Positions 40,997 to 50,710 of a DNA stretch of 64,000 nt are shown piece by piece. Location of the stretch: NCBI GenBank assembly GCA_964407685.1, contig CAYOWI010000001.1, forward strand, positions 34,169 through 98,168. The letters run 5' to 3'. Every line of letters starts with the position of its first letter. Positions within the stretch are counted from its first letter, which is position 1. A program made the translations under genes and the position numbers. This DNA comes from an uncultured Muribaculaceae bacterium. GTDB lineage: Bacteria; Bacillota_I; Bacilli_A; RF39; UBA660. The notes beneath the pieces are model-generated. The model did no database searches. It saw only the letters and a list, made by a program, of their open reading frames with translations, and was not told where the DNA came from.

Positions 40997-41648
40997 AAAA
41001 ATATTAATATTTATAATTATTGTTTTTGTAGTTGCTATTTTTGGTTTTTTAGCATATTACTTTTTAAATTCTACTCCTTCTAAAACTGAAGTTAAGGTAA
41101 TAAAGAAAATAGACGGATATGGCTATAATTTAAATGAAAATGAAACGGATTTATACAAAGACGAATTTGATGAACTATCTAAAATACTTTCTAAAGATGA
41201 TGTTGATTATGAGGCATATGCTAAATCTATTGCAAAGTTATTCATCATAGATTTTTATACATTAAATAATAAATTATCTAAAAATGACATAGGTGGCACC
41301 GATTTTATTAAAGAGGATATGAGAGATAACTTTATTGATGAAGCTAGAAGTACGTTTTATAAATACTTAGAAGTTGATAGTAAAAATAGAAATCAGGATT
41401 TGCCAGAAGTAAGTGAGATAAAAGATGTTAGTTTAGAAAATACAAGTTTTGTAATTAAGGATACTAAAACAACTACTACATCTTCAAAAGTTAAATCTAA
41501 AACTGCAAATAAAAATGTAGGAACAACCGTTGATGCCTATAAAGTAACTATCACTTGGGATTATAAAGAAGACTTTGGTTATGAAAATAATGCTAATATG
41601 ATAATTATAAAAAAGGATAAAAAATTATACATAGTAGAGATGGACTAA
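40983..41648 (+). CDS. Membrane-anchored hypothetical protein
   Basis: N-terminal TM helix. No recognised domain. Confidence 0.45.
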   Translation: MKKSKKILIFIIIVFVVAIFGFLAYYFLNSTPSKTEVKVIKKIDGYGYNLNENETDLYKDEFDELSKILSKDDVDYEAYAKSIAKLFIIDFYTLNNKLSKNDIGGTDFIKEDMRDNFIDEARSTFYKYLEVDSKNRNQDLPEVSEIKDVSLENTSFVIKDTKTTTTSSKVKSKTANKNVGTTVDAYKVTITWDYKEDFGYENNANMIIIKKDKKLYIVEMD

Positions 41649-41733
41649 AAGGTTAGAAAATCTAACCTTTTTCTTTTACTCAAATATTATATATGTTATA
41701 ATTATGATGTAATAAAATACGAGGAGAGTAGTT

Positions 41734-43116
41734 ATGAAAAAGGAAAAAAATGTTTTATCTAGTATGTTTATGTATTTAACAATAATTGTTTTTAGCGTTA
41801 TATCACTGTTATTTTTGGTAAAAAATAATATTATATTATCAGTTTTAGCATTTATTATAGTTACGTTTATTTCTTTAAAAGTAGATATAAAAAAGTTTCC
41901 CATTATATTATTTATAACTAGTTTAGTAATTAGGTTAGTAATGATACTTTTATTTAATTTTCCTCAAGTATCTGATTTTGAAACTTTACTTAATGCCTCT
42001 AACAGTTTTACTAAGGGTGATTTTTCCTTTCAAAATGACGCCTATTTTAGTATGTGGGGATATCAAACTGGTTTTGTAATCTATCAGGGTATAATCTTGA
42101 AATTATTTAATAGCACTTTTGTTCTTAAATTATTAAATGCTATCTTTTCTTCAGGATTGTGCGTACTTATATACGTATTTGGTAAGAAACAAGTTTCTGA
42201 AAAAAGTGCTAAAATGGCTTCATTATTATATATGATTTTTCCTTTCTCACTATATTTAAACACGGTTTTAGCAAATCATCATCTATCTACATTTCTTATG
42301 TATATAGGAATATTTTTCCTACTTAAAAAAGATAAAAAAACAAAGGATTATGTATTAGCGGGGGTATTAATTAGCTTTGGAAACATAATAAGGCCAGAAG
42401 GTATAATAGTTGTTACAACATTTATTATATTTGAACTATTAAACTTAAAAAAAGATAGAGTTAAAATGGTATTAAAAAACATATCGGTATTTTTAGTCAT
42501 TTATTTCCTTGTTGGTACGTTTTCTTCATTTTTGGTTACTAAAACAGGAATAAATGAGCAAGGTTTAAAAAATAATAATCCAAAGTGGAAGTTTGTTTTA
42601 GGATTTAATCATGATTCATGTGGTTATTATGATGCATCTGATGAAAAATATTTAAATGATGAAGAAAAAGAAATAGAAGTTATAAAAGAAAGAGTGTTAG
42701 TTAACCCAATAAAAATGGGAAAACTAATGACTTGTAAAGTTAATAAGTTTTGGCTTCAAACTTCTTTATCTTCAAAGAACAAAATGTATACTGATAAAAC
42801 TTATCACATACTTGGCTTTGATATAAAGTTTACTGATATAGAAAACATTGTTGTTTCATTCAATACTATTCTTTATATAATTACTTTATTTATGTGTATG
42901 ATAGGGGTAATATTTAATCGAAAGAAGATAATTAAAGATAATTCATTTTTCTTCGTTATTATGATGATGGTTACCTTTGGTGTTTACTTACTTATTGAAA
43001 TACAACCTAGGTATGCATACTTTATTCATGTTAGTATATTTATATTATCAGCATATGGATATGACTTTGTATTAGATAAAATTAAAAATGTATTTAAAAA
43101 GAAATTAAAAAGATAA
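41734..43116 (+). CDS. GT-C-fold membrane glycosyltransferase (ArnT/PMT-like)
   Basis: About 11 TM helices with a periplasmic loop. Resembles 4-amino-arabinose/mannosyl transferases. Confidence 0.5.
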   Translation: MKKEKNVLSSMFMYLTIIVFSVISLLFLVKNNIILSVLAFIIVTFISLKVDIKKFPIILFITSLVIRLVMILLFNFPQVSDFETLLNASNSFTKGDFSFQNDAYFSMWGYQTGFVIYQGIILKLFNSTFVLKLLNAIFSSGLCVLIYVFGKKQVSEKSAKMASLLYMIFPFSLYLNTVLANHHLSTFLMYIGIFFLLKKDKKTKDYVLAGVLISFGNIIRPEGIIVVTTFIIFELLNLKKDRVKMVLKNISVFLVIYFLVGTFSSFLVTKTGINEQGLKNNNPKWKFVLGFNHDSCGYYDASDEKYLNDEEKEIEVIKERVLVNPIKMGKLMTCKVNKFWLQTSLSSKNKMYTDKTYHILGFDIKFTDIENIVVSFNTILYIITLFMCMIGVIFNRKKIIKDNSFFFVIMMMVTFGVYLLIEIQPRYAYFIHVSIFILSAYGYDFVLDKIKNVFKKKLKR

Positions 43117-43128
43117 GGAAGTGTTAAA

Positions 43129-44394
43129 ATGATAAAAAAAATTAATGTTTTTTTAGAGAAAAAGACTTTAACACTTTTTTATCTTTTTCTTTTTATACAA
43201 CCTATATTAGACTTACTTATATCCCTTTTTAATCATTATAATATATCATCTAGTATGGTTTTAGTTATTAGAACTTTGTTTTTAGGATACTTTTTATACT
43301 ACCTATTATTTATAAGAAAATGTAGTATAAAATACGTAATTGCATTATTTATTTATGCTGCTATCTTTATTTTAATAAACCTATTTAGTGGCGGAATAAG
43401 CGAGATATCATATGAGATAAAGTCGCTAATTAAAGTAATATATTTTCCTATAACACTTTTATTTGTTATGGAATTATTTAAAGATAATGATATTAAAAAG
43501 AAGTATTTATACATTATTTTACTTATTTACTTGTTACTTATTTTTGTGCCTGATATTTTAAATGTTGGTTTTGAAAGTTATTTGTATGATAAAGTAGGGA
43601 GTATTGGCCTTTTTTACTCTGCTAATGCAGTAGGCAACATAATAAGTATGCTTGCGCCACTTTTTATTTTCTACTTGTTAAAAAACGAAAAAATAATAAG
43701 TTTAATCTTATTTTTAGGCTTATATTTTTACGTACTTTTAATGATGGGTACTAAAGCACCTTTTTTAACTGCTATGATAATTGTTTTATATTTAATTATT
43801 TTACTTATAATTAAGCTTATTAAAGAAAAAAAATATAAGTGTATACTTATATTTGTAATTGCTTTTATACTAGGTGTAGGTATCATGATTAAAATATTTC
43901 CTGAAACATCATTTTATAAAAATTTAATCATCCATGCTAAAAACATGGGTGTTGAAAGTTTAAATGATATGTTAAATTTTAAAAAACTAGATGATTATAT
44001 TTTTAGTGGTAGACTCTCATTTCTTAAAGATTCTTTAAATATATTTATTAATAGGCCATTAGTGCAAAAATTATTTGGTATGGGATACATAGTAGGTGGA
44101 AAAGTTATAAAGACATCTGAAATGGATTACTTTGTTATGTTACTTCATCAAGGAATATTAGGATTTATTATTTTATATTATAAATATTTTAACAAAATAG
44201 CATGTATTTTTAAAAAATACGTAGAAAAATTTAAATCTAATTTTCTTAATTTAGAAAAAAGCGGTGTTTTAATAGCACTTATTATTTCCATATTAAATGC
44301 TTTATTGGTCGGACACGTACTTGATGTTCCATCAGTATCAATTTTTGTATCTATGATTATTGTTATAGCGTGTAAACAGTTAAAGGATATATAA
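43129..44394 (+). CDS. Second Wzy/O-antigen-ligase-like polytopic membrane protein
   Basis: About 10-12 TM helices. No soluble domain. Confidence 0.45.
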   Translation: MIKKINVFLEKKTLTLFYLFLFIQPILDLLISLFNHYNISSSMVLVIRTLFLGYFLYYLLFIRKCSIKYVIALFIYAAIFILINLFSGGISEISYEIKSLIKVIYFPITLLFVMELFKDNDIKKKYLYIILLIYLLLIFVPDILNVGFESYLYDKVGSIGLFYSANAVGNIISMLAPLFIFYLLKNEKIISLILFLGLYFYVLLMMGTKAPFLTAMIIVLYLIILLIIKLIKEKKYKCILIFVIAFILGVGIMIKIFPETSFYKNLIIHAKNMGVESLNDMLNFKKLDDYIFSGRLSFLKDSLNIFINRPLVQKLFGMGYIVGGKVIKTSEMDYFVMLLHQGILGFIILYYKYFNKIACIFKKYVEKFKSNFLNLEKSGVLIALIISILNALLVGHVLDVPSVSIFVSMIIVIACKQLKDI

Positions 44395-44409
44395 GGAGTA
44401 TTAAAGTGT

Positions 44410-46632
44410 ATGAAAAGATTAAAGAAGATATTAAAAAGTAATGCTTTTAAAGCTTTTTTCTTATCATTTTTATTAGGAACCATAATTATTTTACCTAATA
44501 TAATTAAAGGAAATGGAATATATAGCTTAATAGCAGACTTTAATGTTCAACAAATACCATTTAATAAAATAATAAATGAGTCCATAAAAGAAGGATCTAT
44601 TTTATGGTCTTGGTATAATGAACTAGGTAATAGTTTTATAGGTTCTTTTAGTTTTTATAATTTATTTAGTCCATTTAATATTATTGGTTATTTATTTCCG
44701 GCATCATGGTTTGAATATTTAATAGGTCCAATATTTATTTTAAAATATGCTGTGGCTGGTTTAACTTCTTATTTATTTTTAAAAAGATATGTTAAAAATA
44801 AGAATTATGCAATATTAGGCTCATTATTATATTCATTTTCAGGTTTTCAATTAACGAATATGATGTTTTATCATTTTCATGATGTAGTAGCGTTGTTTCC
44901 ACTTATTTTATATGCGCTTGATAAACTTGTATATGAAAATAAAAGATTCTTATTTTCTTTTACGGTATTCTTACTTGCCATAACAAACTTTTTCTTCTTT
45001 ATTGGTATAACCTTTTTTGTATGTTTATATTATATCGTAAAGATTATTTGTAAAAGTTACGAATTTAACTTAAAGACATTTTTTATAATTTTGTTTGAAT
45101 CTATTTTAGGAGTAGGTGTTGCAGGGATAGTACTTATGCCATCTATATTATTTACGATGACTAATCCAAGGGTTAGTTCTAATTGGACATTAGTTACAAG
45201 TTTAAGACATGCTACTAATAACTATTTAGAAATATTAAGAGGAGCACTTTTTCCTCCTGAAATAATGAGTTATAGAGCGATTATTACGGAGCATAATTAT
45301 CAAAGTATAGAACTTTATTTACCATTTGTAGGACTCATTTTAGGGACTGCTTACTTTTTAAAAAATCCAAAAAAGTGGGATAGTATTTTTATGCTATTAC
45401 TTGTTATAATAATGATTTTCCCAATTTTAAATAGTATGTTTTTTGCATTTACAATAACTTATTATGCTAGATGGTTTTATATGGCAATATTGATATTTTC
45501 ACTTACCTCTATAAAATGTTTAGAAGAAAATATAAAGTTTAAAAAAGCTATAATAATAAATGTTATTTTAGTATTGATATTTATAATTGGATGTTTTGTT
45601 TATACTAAGTTATTTAAAGAAGAACAGTTTTTCTATGATAAAAGCTATTTAATAACAATGGTGATATCCTACTTTATAAGTATTATTTCATTATTGATAA
45701 TAGATGGTTTTAAAAGTAGTGATAGAAAGTTAAAGATAATATATATCATGGTAATTATATGGGTATGTTTTTGGGGTAATTATGTAACTTATAAGTACAA
45801 AATGGCATCAGGTGTAAGTAATGCTGATTATAGGGAATACTTAAGTATAAGTCAAAAGGTTAATTTAGATAAAATAACTAGATTTAATAGTTCTCTAAGT
45901 TGTAATTATAACTTAGGCTTACTAACTAAAAACGGTGATATTAAGGCATTTAATTCTAATATTAGTGGGTCATTGTTTAAGTTTTATAGAAGTATTGGTT
46001 ATGATAGGGGAGTGTCAACAAATTTAGGCATAGATGATAAAAAGCTAAATGATTTTTTAGGAGCGGAATATATTTTGTCTTGTGGTAGCGATGATATTAG
46101 TTATTTAAACTATGAATTAAAAAAAGATTATGGTACGTTTAAACTATACTATAACGATAACTATAAAAAACAGGGATTTGCTGTGGATAAATATATATTA
46201 GATGAAGATTTTGATAAGTTAAATTATGACGAAAAAATAAATGTATTAAATAATAGTGTTGTGTTAAGTAAAAATCAAATAAATGAATATAAAAATTTAT
46301 TTAATAAAGAAACTATATATGACGAGTATGAATTTAGCTATGTAAATAATGGTATGAAATCTAAAATAGTTTCTAATAAAGAAGCACTTGCTATATATAC
46401 CGTTGCTTATGATAAAGGCTGGAGGGCTTACGTAAATGGTGAAAAGATAAAAATAGAAGAAGTAGATAATGGTTTTATGGCTATAAAAATAAATGAAGGA
46501 GAAAATAATATAGAATTTAAATATTTTCCTTCCGGACTACTTTTAGGTTTTATAATTTCGGGCATTTCATTGTTAATATTTATAATTTATGTTATTTTAT
46601 ATATGAAGGAAAGTAGGTGTAAGTGTGAATAA
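44410..46632 (+). CDS. YfhO-family membrane protein (glycosylates teichoic acids using C55-P-sugar donors)
   Basis: Long polytopic protein with a C-terminal extracellular domain and YfhO-like N-terminal region. Followed by a GtrB/CsbB-like gene. Confidence 0.75.
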   Translation: MKRLKKILKSNAFKAFFLSFLLGTIIILPNIIKGNGIYSLIADFNVQQIPFNKIINESIKEGSILWSWYNELGNSFIGSFSFYNLFSPFNIIGYLFPASWFEYLIGPIFILKYAVAGLTSYLFLKRYVKNKNYAILGSLLYSFSGFQLTNMMFYHFHDVVALFPLILYALDKLVYENKRFLFSFTVFLLAITNFFFFIGITFFVCLYYIVKIICKSYEFNLKTFFIILFESILGVGVAGIVLMPSILFTMTNPRVSSNWTLVTSLRHATNNYLEILRGALFPPEIMSYRAIITEHNYQSIELYLPFVGLILGTAYFLKNPKKWDSIFMLLLVIIMIFPILNSMFFAFTITYYARWFYMAILIFSLTSIKCLEENIKFKKAIIINVILVLIFIIGCFVYTKLFKEEQFFYDKSYLITMVISYFISIISLLIIDGFKSSDRKLKIIYIMVIIWVCFWGNYVTYKYKMASGVSNADYREYLSISQKVNLDKITRFNSSLSCNYNLGLLTKNGDIKAFNSNISGSLFKFYRSIGYDRGVSTNLGIDDKKLNDFLGAEYILSCGSDDISYLNYELKKDYGTFKLYYNDNYKKQGFAVDKYILDEDFDKLNYDEKINVLNNSVVLSKNQINEYKNLFNKETIYDEYEFSYVNNGMKSKIVSNKEALAIYTVAYDKGWRAYVNGEKIKIEEVDNGFMAIKINEGENNIEFKYFPSGLLLGFIISGISLLIFIIYVILYMKESRCKCE

Positions 46633-47584
46633 AACATTATACGTAGTCGTGCCATGTTATAACGAAGAAGAAGTATTAGAAGAAACAACAAAAAGATTAA
46701 AAGAAAAATTAAGTAAACTAATAAATGATAAAAAAATATCAAATAAAAGTAAGGTAATGTATGTAAATGACGGTTCAAAGGATAATACTTGGGAACTAAT
46801 AAAGAAAATAAATAAAAAAGAAAAGCTATTTACAGGAATAACTCTATCAAGAAATAGAGGACACCAAAATGCGTTATTAGCAGGTCTTATGACTGCTAAG
46901 ACTTACGCTGATGTAGTAATAAGTATGGATGCAGACTTGCAAGACGATATAAACGCTATAGATGAAATGATAGATAAATATAACGCAGGATGTGATATTG
47001 TTTATGGAGTTAGATCCTCAAGAAAAAAAGATACTTGGTTTAAAAAGACTACCGCACAAGGATTTTATAAGTTTATGAAGTTAATGGGAGTAGATGTAGT
47101 ATATAATCATGCGGATTATAGATTAACAAGTAAAAGAGTGTTAGATGAGTTTGAAAACTTCAAAGAAGTAAACTTATTCTTAAGAGGAATGTTTCCTTTG
47201 GTAGGTTATACGTCAGATGTTGTATATTATGAAAGAAATGAGAGATTTGCAGGGGAGTCAAAGTATCCATTAAAGAAAATGCTTAACTTTGCATGGGATG
47301 GAATAACATCATTTAGCGTAAGACCAATAAGAATGGTATTAAATGTAGGAATAATAATATTTGCGATAAGTTTATTAGTATTATTATATTGCTTAATAGT
47401 TAAATTACTGGGAAAAACAGTTGAGGGCTGGACCTTTATAGTAGGATCAATATGGTTAGTTTCAGGAGTACAAATGTTATCAATTGGAATAATTGGTGAA
47501 TACATAGGAAAGATATATAGTGAAACAAAAGCAAGACCTAGATTTATTATTTCTGAAAACTTAGAGGAACTAAAAAGGGATTAG
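46625..47584 (+). CDS. GtrB/CsbB-like GT2 (undecaprenyl-phosphate sugar synthase) with two C-terminal TM helices
   Basis: VVPCYNEE...YVNDGSKDNT, DADLQDD and two C-terminal TM helices. Confidence 0.8.
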   Translation: MNKTLYVVVPCYNEEEVLEETTKRLKEKLSKLINDKKISNKSKVMYVNDGSKDNTWELIKKINKKEKLFTGITLSRNRGHQNALLAGLMTAKTYADVVISMDADLQDDINAIDEMIDKYNAGCDIVYGVRSSRKKDTWFKKTTAQGFYKFMKLMGVDVVYNHADYRLTSKRVLDEFENFKEVNLFLRGMFPLVGYTSDVVYYERNERFAGESKYPLKKMLNFAWDGITSFSVRPIRMVLNVGIIIFAISLLVLLYCLIVKLLGKTVEGWTFIVGSIWLVSGVQMLSIGIIGEYIGKIYSETKARPRFIISENLEELKRD

Positions 47585-47594
47585 ATAAAATTAT

Positions 47595-48149
47595 TTATTT
47601 ATCTAATCCCTTTTCTTTATTAAATTTATCCCATATATAGTTTATCACTGATTCATGATTTGGATATAATCCGTCTTCATTAATTATTTTTCTATTATTT
47701 ACGTATTGGTTAAAAGTACTAATTATTTTGGCAGGATTACCTCCTACAACACTATTATCAGGAACATCTTTAGTTACTATAGAACCCGCTGCAATAATAA
47801 CGTTATTTCCAATTTTAACGTTTGGCAATATAGTTACGTTACATCCGATAAATACATTATTTCCAATCTTTATTGGTGCACAGTTATAATAAAATTTAAA
47901 ATCATAGTTCATTTTATTTAATACTTTATCAATTACATCATGTGTTACAAAGGTAACTCCAGATGCCACAACAACGTTATTTCCAAAACTAATTAATTTA
48001 GGTTCATCTGGTATTATCCTTGGTTGAAAAAAGAAGTTTTCACCTACATGTTTAAATATATTATTTTTAATTAGTATTTTAGTCCTTTTATTAGCGTTTG
48101 GTATTAAATACATTTTAAGTTTTGTACTATATTTCATGTTGTCCTCCAA
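47595..48149 (-). CDS. Maltose/galactoside O-acetyltransferase-like hexapeptide-repeat acetyltransferase
   Basis: [46 protein letters not shown]. Confidence 0.75.
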   Translation of the reverse strand: MEDNMKYSTKLKMYLIPNANKRTKILIKNNIFKHVGENFFFQPRIIPDEPKLISFGNNVVVASGVTFVTHDVIDKVLNKMNYDFKFYYNCAPIKIGNNVFIGCNVTILPNVKIGNNVIIAAGSIVTKDVPDNSVVGGNPAKIISTFNQYVNNRKIINEDGLYPNHESVINYIWDKFNKEKGLDK

Positions 48150-48313
48150 TATATTAATATTATAACATTTGTTTGATAAAAAATCATTTAATATGTTATT
48201 TTTTGTTTTTTTTAAGTGATTTCAAAAGATATGTAGAATAATAAAAATGAGAGAACCTAATAATGGGTAGTTACTTTCCATCTTTTTTAAAAGAATAAAA
48301 GGGTGGTGATATT

Positions 48314-48394
48314 ATGAAAAGGGAGAATAAGTTTCTTAAAGTAATAATCTTTCTTTTGATTTTAATAATAATCATACTAATATTTAAAATATAA
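48314..48394 (+). CDS. 26-aa hydrophobic peptide MKRENKFLKVIIFLLILIIIILIFKI (copy 1): candidate type I toxin-like or small membrane peptide
   Basis: Ribosome-binding site at 7-nt spacing. Charged N-terminus plus a single TM segment. Terminator immediately downstream. Confidence 0.4.
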   Translation: MKRENKFLKVIIFLLILIIIILIFKI

Positions 48395-48648
48395 AAGAAA
48401 AAGTACAACTACCCAAAGGGGGTATTGTACTTTTTCCTATTTTACAAATAGGAAAGTAACTAACCTTAAGTTAGGTTCTTTCACTAACTAAATTATACAA
48501 AAATATTTATTTTATGTAAATAAAAAGTTTAAATATTATATTTTTTTAAAGTGATTTTAAAAGATATGTAGAATAATAAAAATGAGAGAACCTAATAATG
48601 GGTAGTTACTTTCCATCTTTTTTAAAAGAATAAAAGGGTGGTGATATT

Positions 48649-48729
48649 ATGAAAAGGGAGAATAAGTTTCTTAAAGTAATAATCTTTCTTTTGATTTTAA
48701 TAATAATCATACTAATATTTAAAATATAA
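48649..48729 (+). CDS. 26-aa hydrophobic peptide (copy 2, identical peptide)
   Basis: Same as copy 1. Confidence 0.4.
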   Translation: MKRENKFLKVIIFLLILIIIILIFKI

Positions 48730-48864
48730 AAGAAAAAGTACAACTACCCAAAGGGGTTATTGTACTTTTTCCTATTTTGCAAATAGGAAAGCAACTAACC
48801 TTAAGTTAGGTTCTTTCATTAATTAAATTATACAAAAAATAAACTAATATGTAAATAATTACAA

Positions 48865-50490
48865 CTAATGTTTGTAAAATCCTTTTCCTATTTGTGTACT
48901 TTGGTATGGATTGTTTATTGAAAATGAAAATTCTTTGTCCATCTCTGGTTTTTTTAATTCCAAGTTTATTTTCATTGCATCAGTTATTTCTTTTAAACTT
49001 TCCTTATAATATTCGAAATAATAAATATTATTTATGTAATTATCATATCCTGATAGGTATAACCTTTGCGTTCCTATGAAATCATCATTATGGATGTTTT
49101 TTGAGTTAAAGATTATGTTTTTAAAAGTATCAAATCCTGTTATCATGGTATCTTTTTCAATGTTAGTATCAATGTTATCTCCGACTATATCTAATATGTC
49201 ATATATTTGAGATAAACTCTTAATACTTTTTAGTTTGTTCATAATTGCATTTACTATTTGTTGTTGATTTTGTCCCCTTATAAAATCATTACTATTATAA
49301 TTAGAGTATTTTTTTCCACAGTATGCTGGCCATGGATGACGATTTCTTGCGAAGGCTAAGGTTTGTTCACCATTTAAAGTCTGCATGCCTTTTTCTAAAT
49401 ATATAGTGTTATTACCAAATCTTCTTTTTGAATCACTTTCACAAAAAGCATATGGTATGTCAACTTCTATTCCACCTAGGGCGTTTACTAGTGATATTAC
49501 ACCTTGAAAGTTTATTTTAGCCCAATAATCAATTTCTATTCCGGTAAAATTAGTTATTGTATCCATTACGCAATCAGCACCATATAATGCAGCGGAATTT
49601 ATCTTATTTTTTGATTTGTTTTTGGTGCAAACAATTGGAACCCTGGTATCCCTTGGAATGCTAAGAATAGTAGCATTCATGGTGTTAGGATTAAAGGTAA
49701 TTAGCATTAACGTGTCACCGTTAAATGAGTTGCTTTTTGATAGGGAACTAGAACTTGAATCAACTCCCATAAGAAGAATAGTAAAAGGCTTATCTAAAGT
49801 TTTACCATTTTCAGTTTTTTTATTTGTGGTCTTCTTGCTTTTTTCTAAGATAACTTTTGTTTCACTGGCGATATTTTCAAAACCTTCTTCGTTTGCGAAT
49901 AAAGATACGTAAGAAGAACTAACAAACATTGCGTCTATTTTATTATTATATAAATCAGTTAACATTTCATTATAATTATCATAAGTTGCTAAATTTTCTT
50001 TATTAATGTTTTTTTCTTTTACCATTTCCATGGCAATGGTATAACCTTCTATGTTTGCTTTATCATTAATTATTCCTATTTTACCTTTTTGCAAGTTAGA
50101 AGCCAAGTTAAATGGTGATTCCTTTAAAACTATTAAACTAGTTGAATAGCCAGTTTCACTCTTGGTTATTTTTGATAGTGAATTACTTATTTTATTAATG
50201 TTAATTGAGATAAATAACTCTAACGTGATAAAAATAGCGATAATAATAAAATACCAAACGTAGCTTTTTGTCTTATTTTTTTTGATACATCTAAGACCAG
50301 TATAAGTAAATAAAACTAAAAGCAATGCCGTTAAAATAATTATTCCGTAAACTACGTAGGTCATAAAGCTCTTTGATGAATTATAATAATATATTTCATT
50401 TGTGAAATAAGCGCTTGAAGCGTAGTAAGCTATCAAAAATAAAAATACAAAAATAGACGCTTTCTTAAATTTCTTTTTTTTATTTTCCAA
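48865..50490 (-). CDS. LCP (LytR-CpsA-Psr) family protein, second copy
   Basis: N-terminal TM helices, then LCP core ILLMGVDSS...GDTLMLITFNPNTMNATILSIPRDT...AKINFQGVISLVNALGGIEVD. Confidence 0.8.
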   Translation of the reverse strand: MENKKKKFKKASIFVFLFLIAYYASSAYFTNEIYYYNSSKSFMTYVVYGIIILTALLLVLFTYTGLRCIKKNKTKSYVWYFIIIAIFITLELFISININKISNSLSKITKSETGYSTSLIVLKESPFNLASNLQKGKIGIINDKANIEGYTIAMEMVKEKNINKENLATYDNYNEMLTDLYNNKIDAMFVSSSYVSLFANEEGFENIASETKVILEKSKKTTNKKTENGKTLDKPFTILLMGVDSSSSSLSKSNSFNGDTLMLITFNPNTMNATILSIPRDTRVPIVCTKNKSKNKINSAALYGADCVMDTITNFTGIEIDYWAKINFQGVISLVNALGGIEVDIPYAFCESDSKRRFGNNTIYLEKGMQTLNGEQTLAFARNRHPWPAYCGKKYSNYNSNDFIRGQNQQQIVNAIMNKLKSIKSLSQIYDILDIVGDNIDTNIEKDTMITGFDTFKNIIFNSKNIHNDDFIGTQRLYLSGYDNYINNIYYFEYYKESLKEITDAMKINLELKKPEMDKEFSFSINNPYQSTQIGKGFYKH

Positions 50491-50710
50491 AATATCACCT
50501 CAAATACCTTGTAATTATACAACAAAATGCTACAAAAAACAACGCTGCTTCAAGTGGATGTTAAATATCTATTTATATGATGCTTTTAAAATAAAAGAAT
50601 ATTCTAAAATCTTTTGACGAAAGTTTACATATTTAAACAAAATTATATATTATATTTCATTATAGGACTAATTTCTATGTTATAATTAATTAAGAATAGG
50701 AGTTGGTCAT

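Larger units (their letters stand above)
48205..48860. repeat. Tandem duplication (2 x ~335 bp) of a cassette: promoter, 26-aa ORF, terminator, flanked by ~30-bp inverted repeats
   Basis: 48214-48547 and 48551-48860 are near-identical. Each has an extended -10 TGTAGAAT, a GGGTGGTG ribosome-binding site, the ORF and the hairpin AGTACAAC...GTTGTACT + T5. The inverted repeats are GAGAGAACCTAATAATGGGTAGTTACTTTCC and GGAAAGTAACTAACCTTAAGTTAGGTTCTTTC. Confidence 0.8.
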
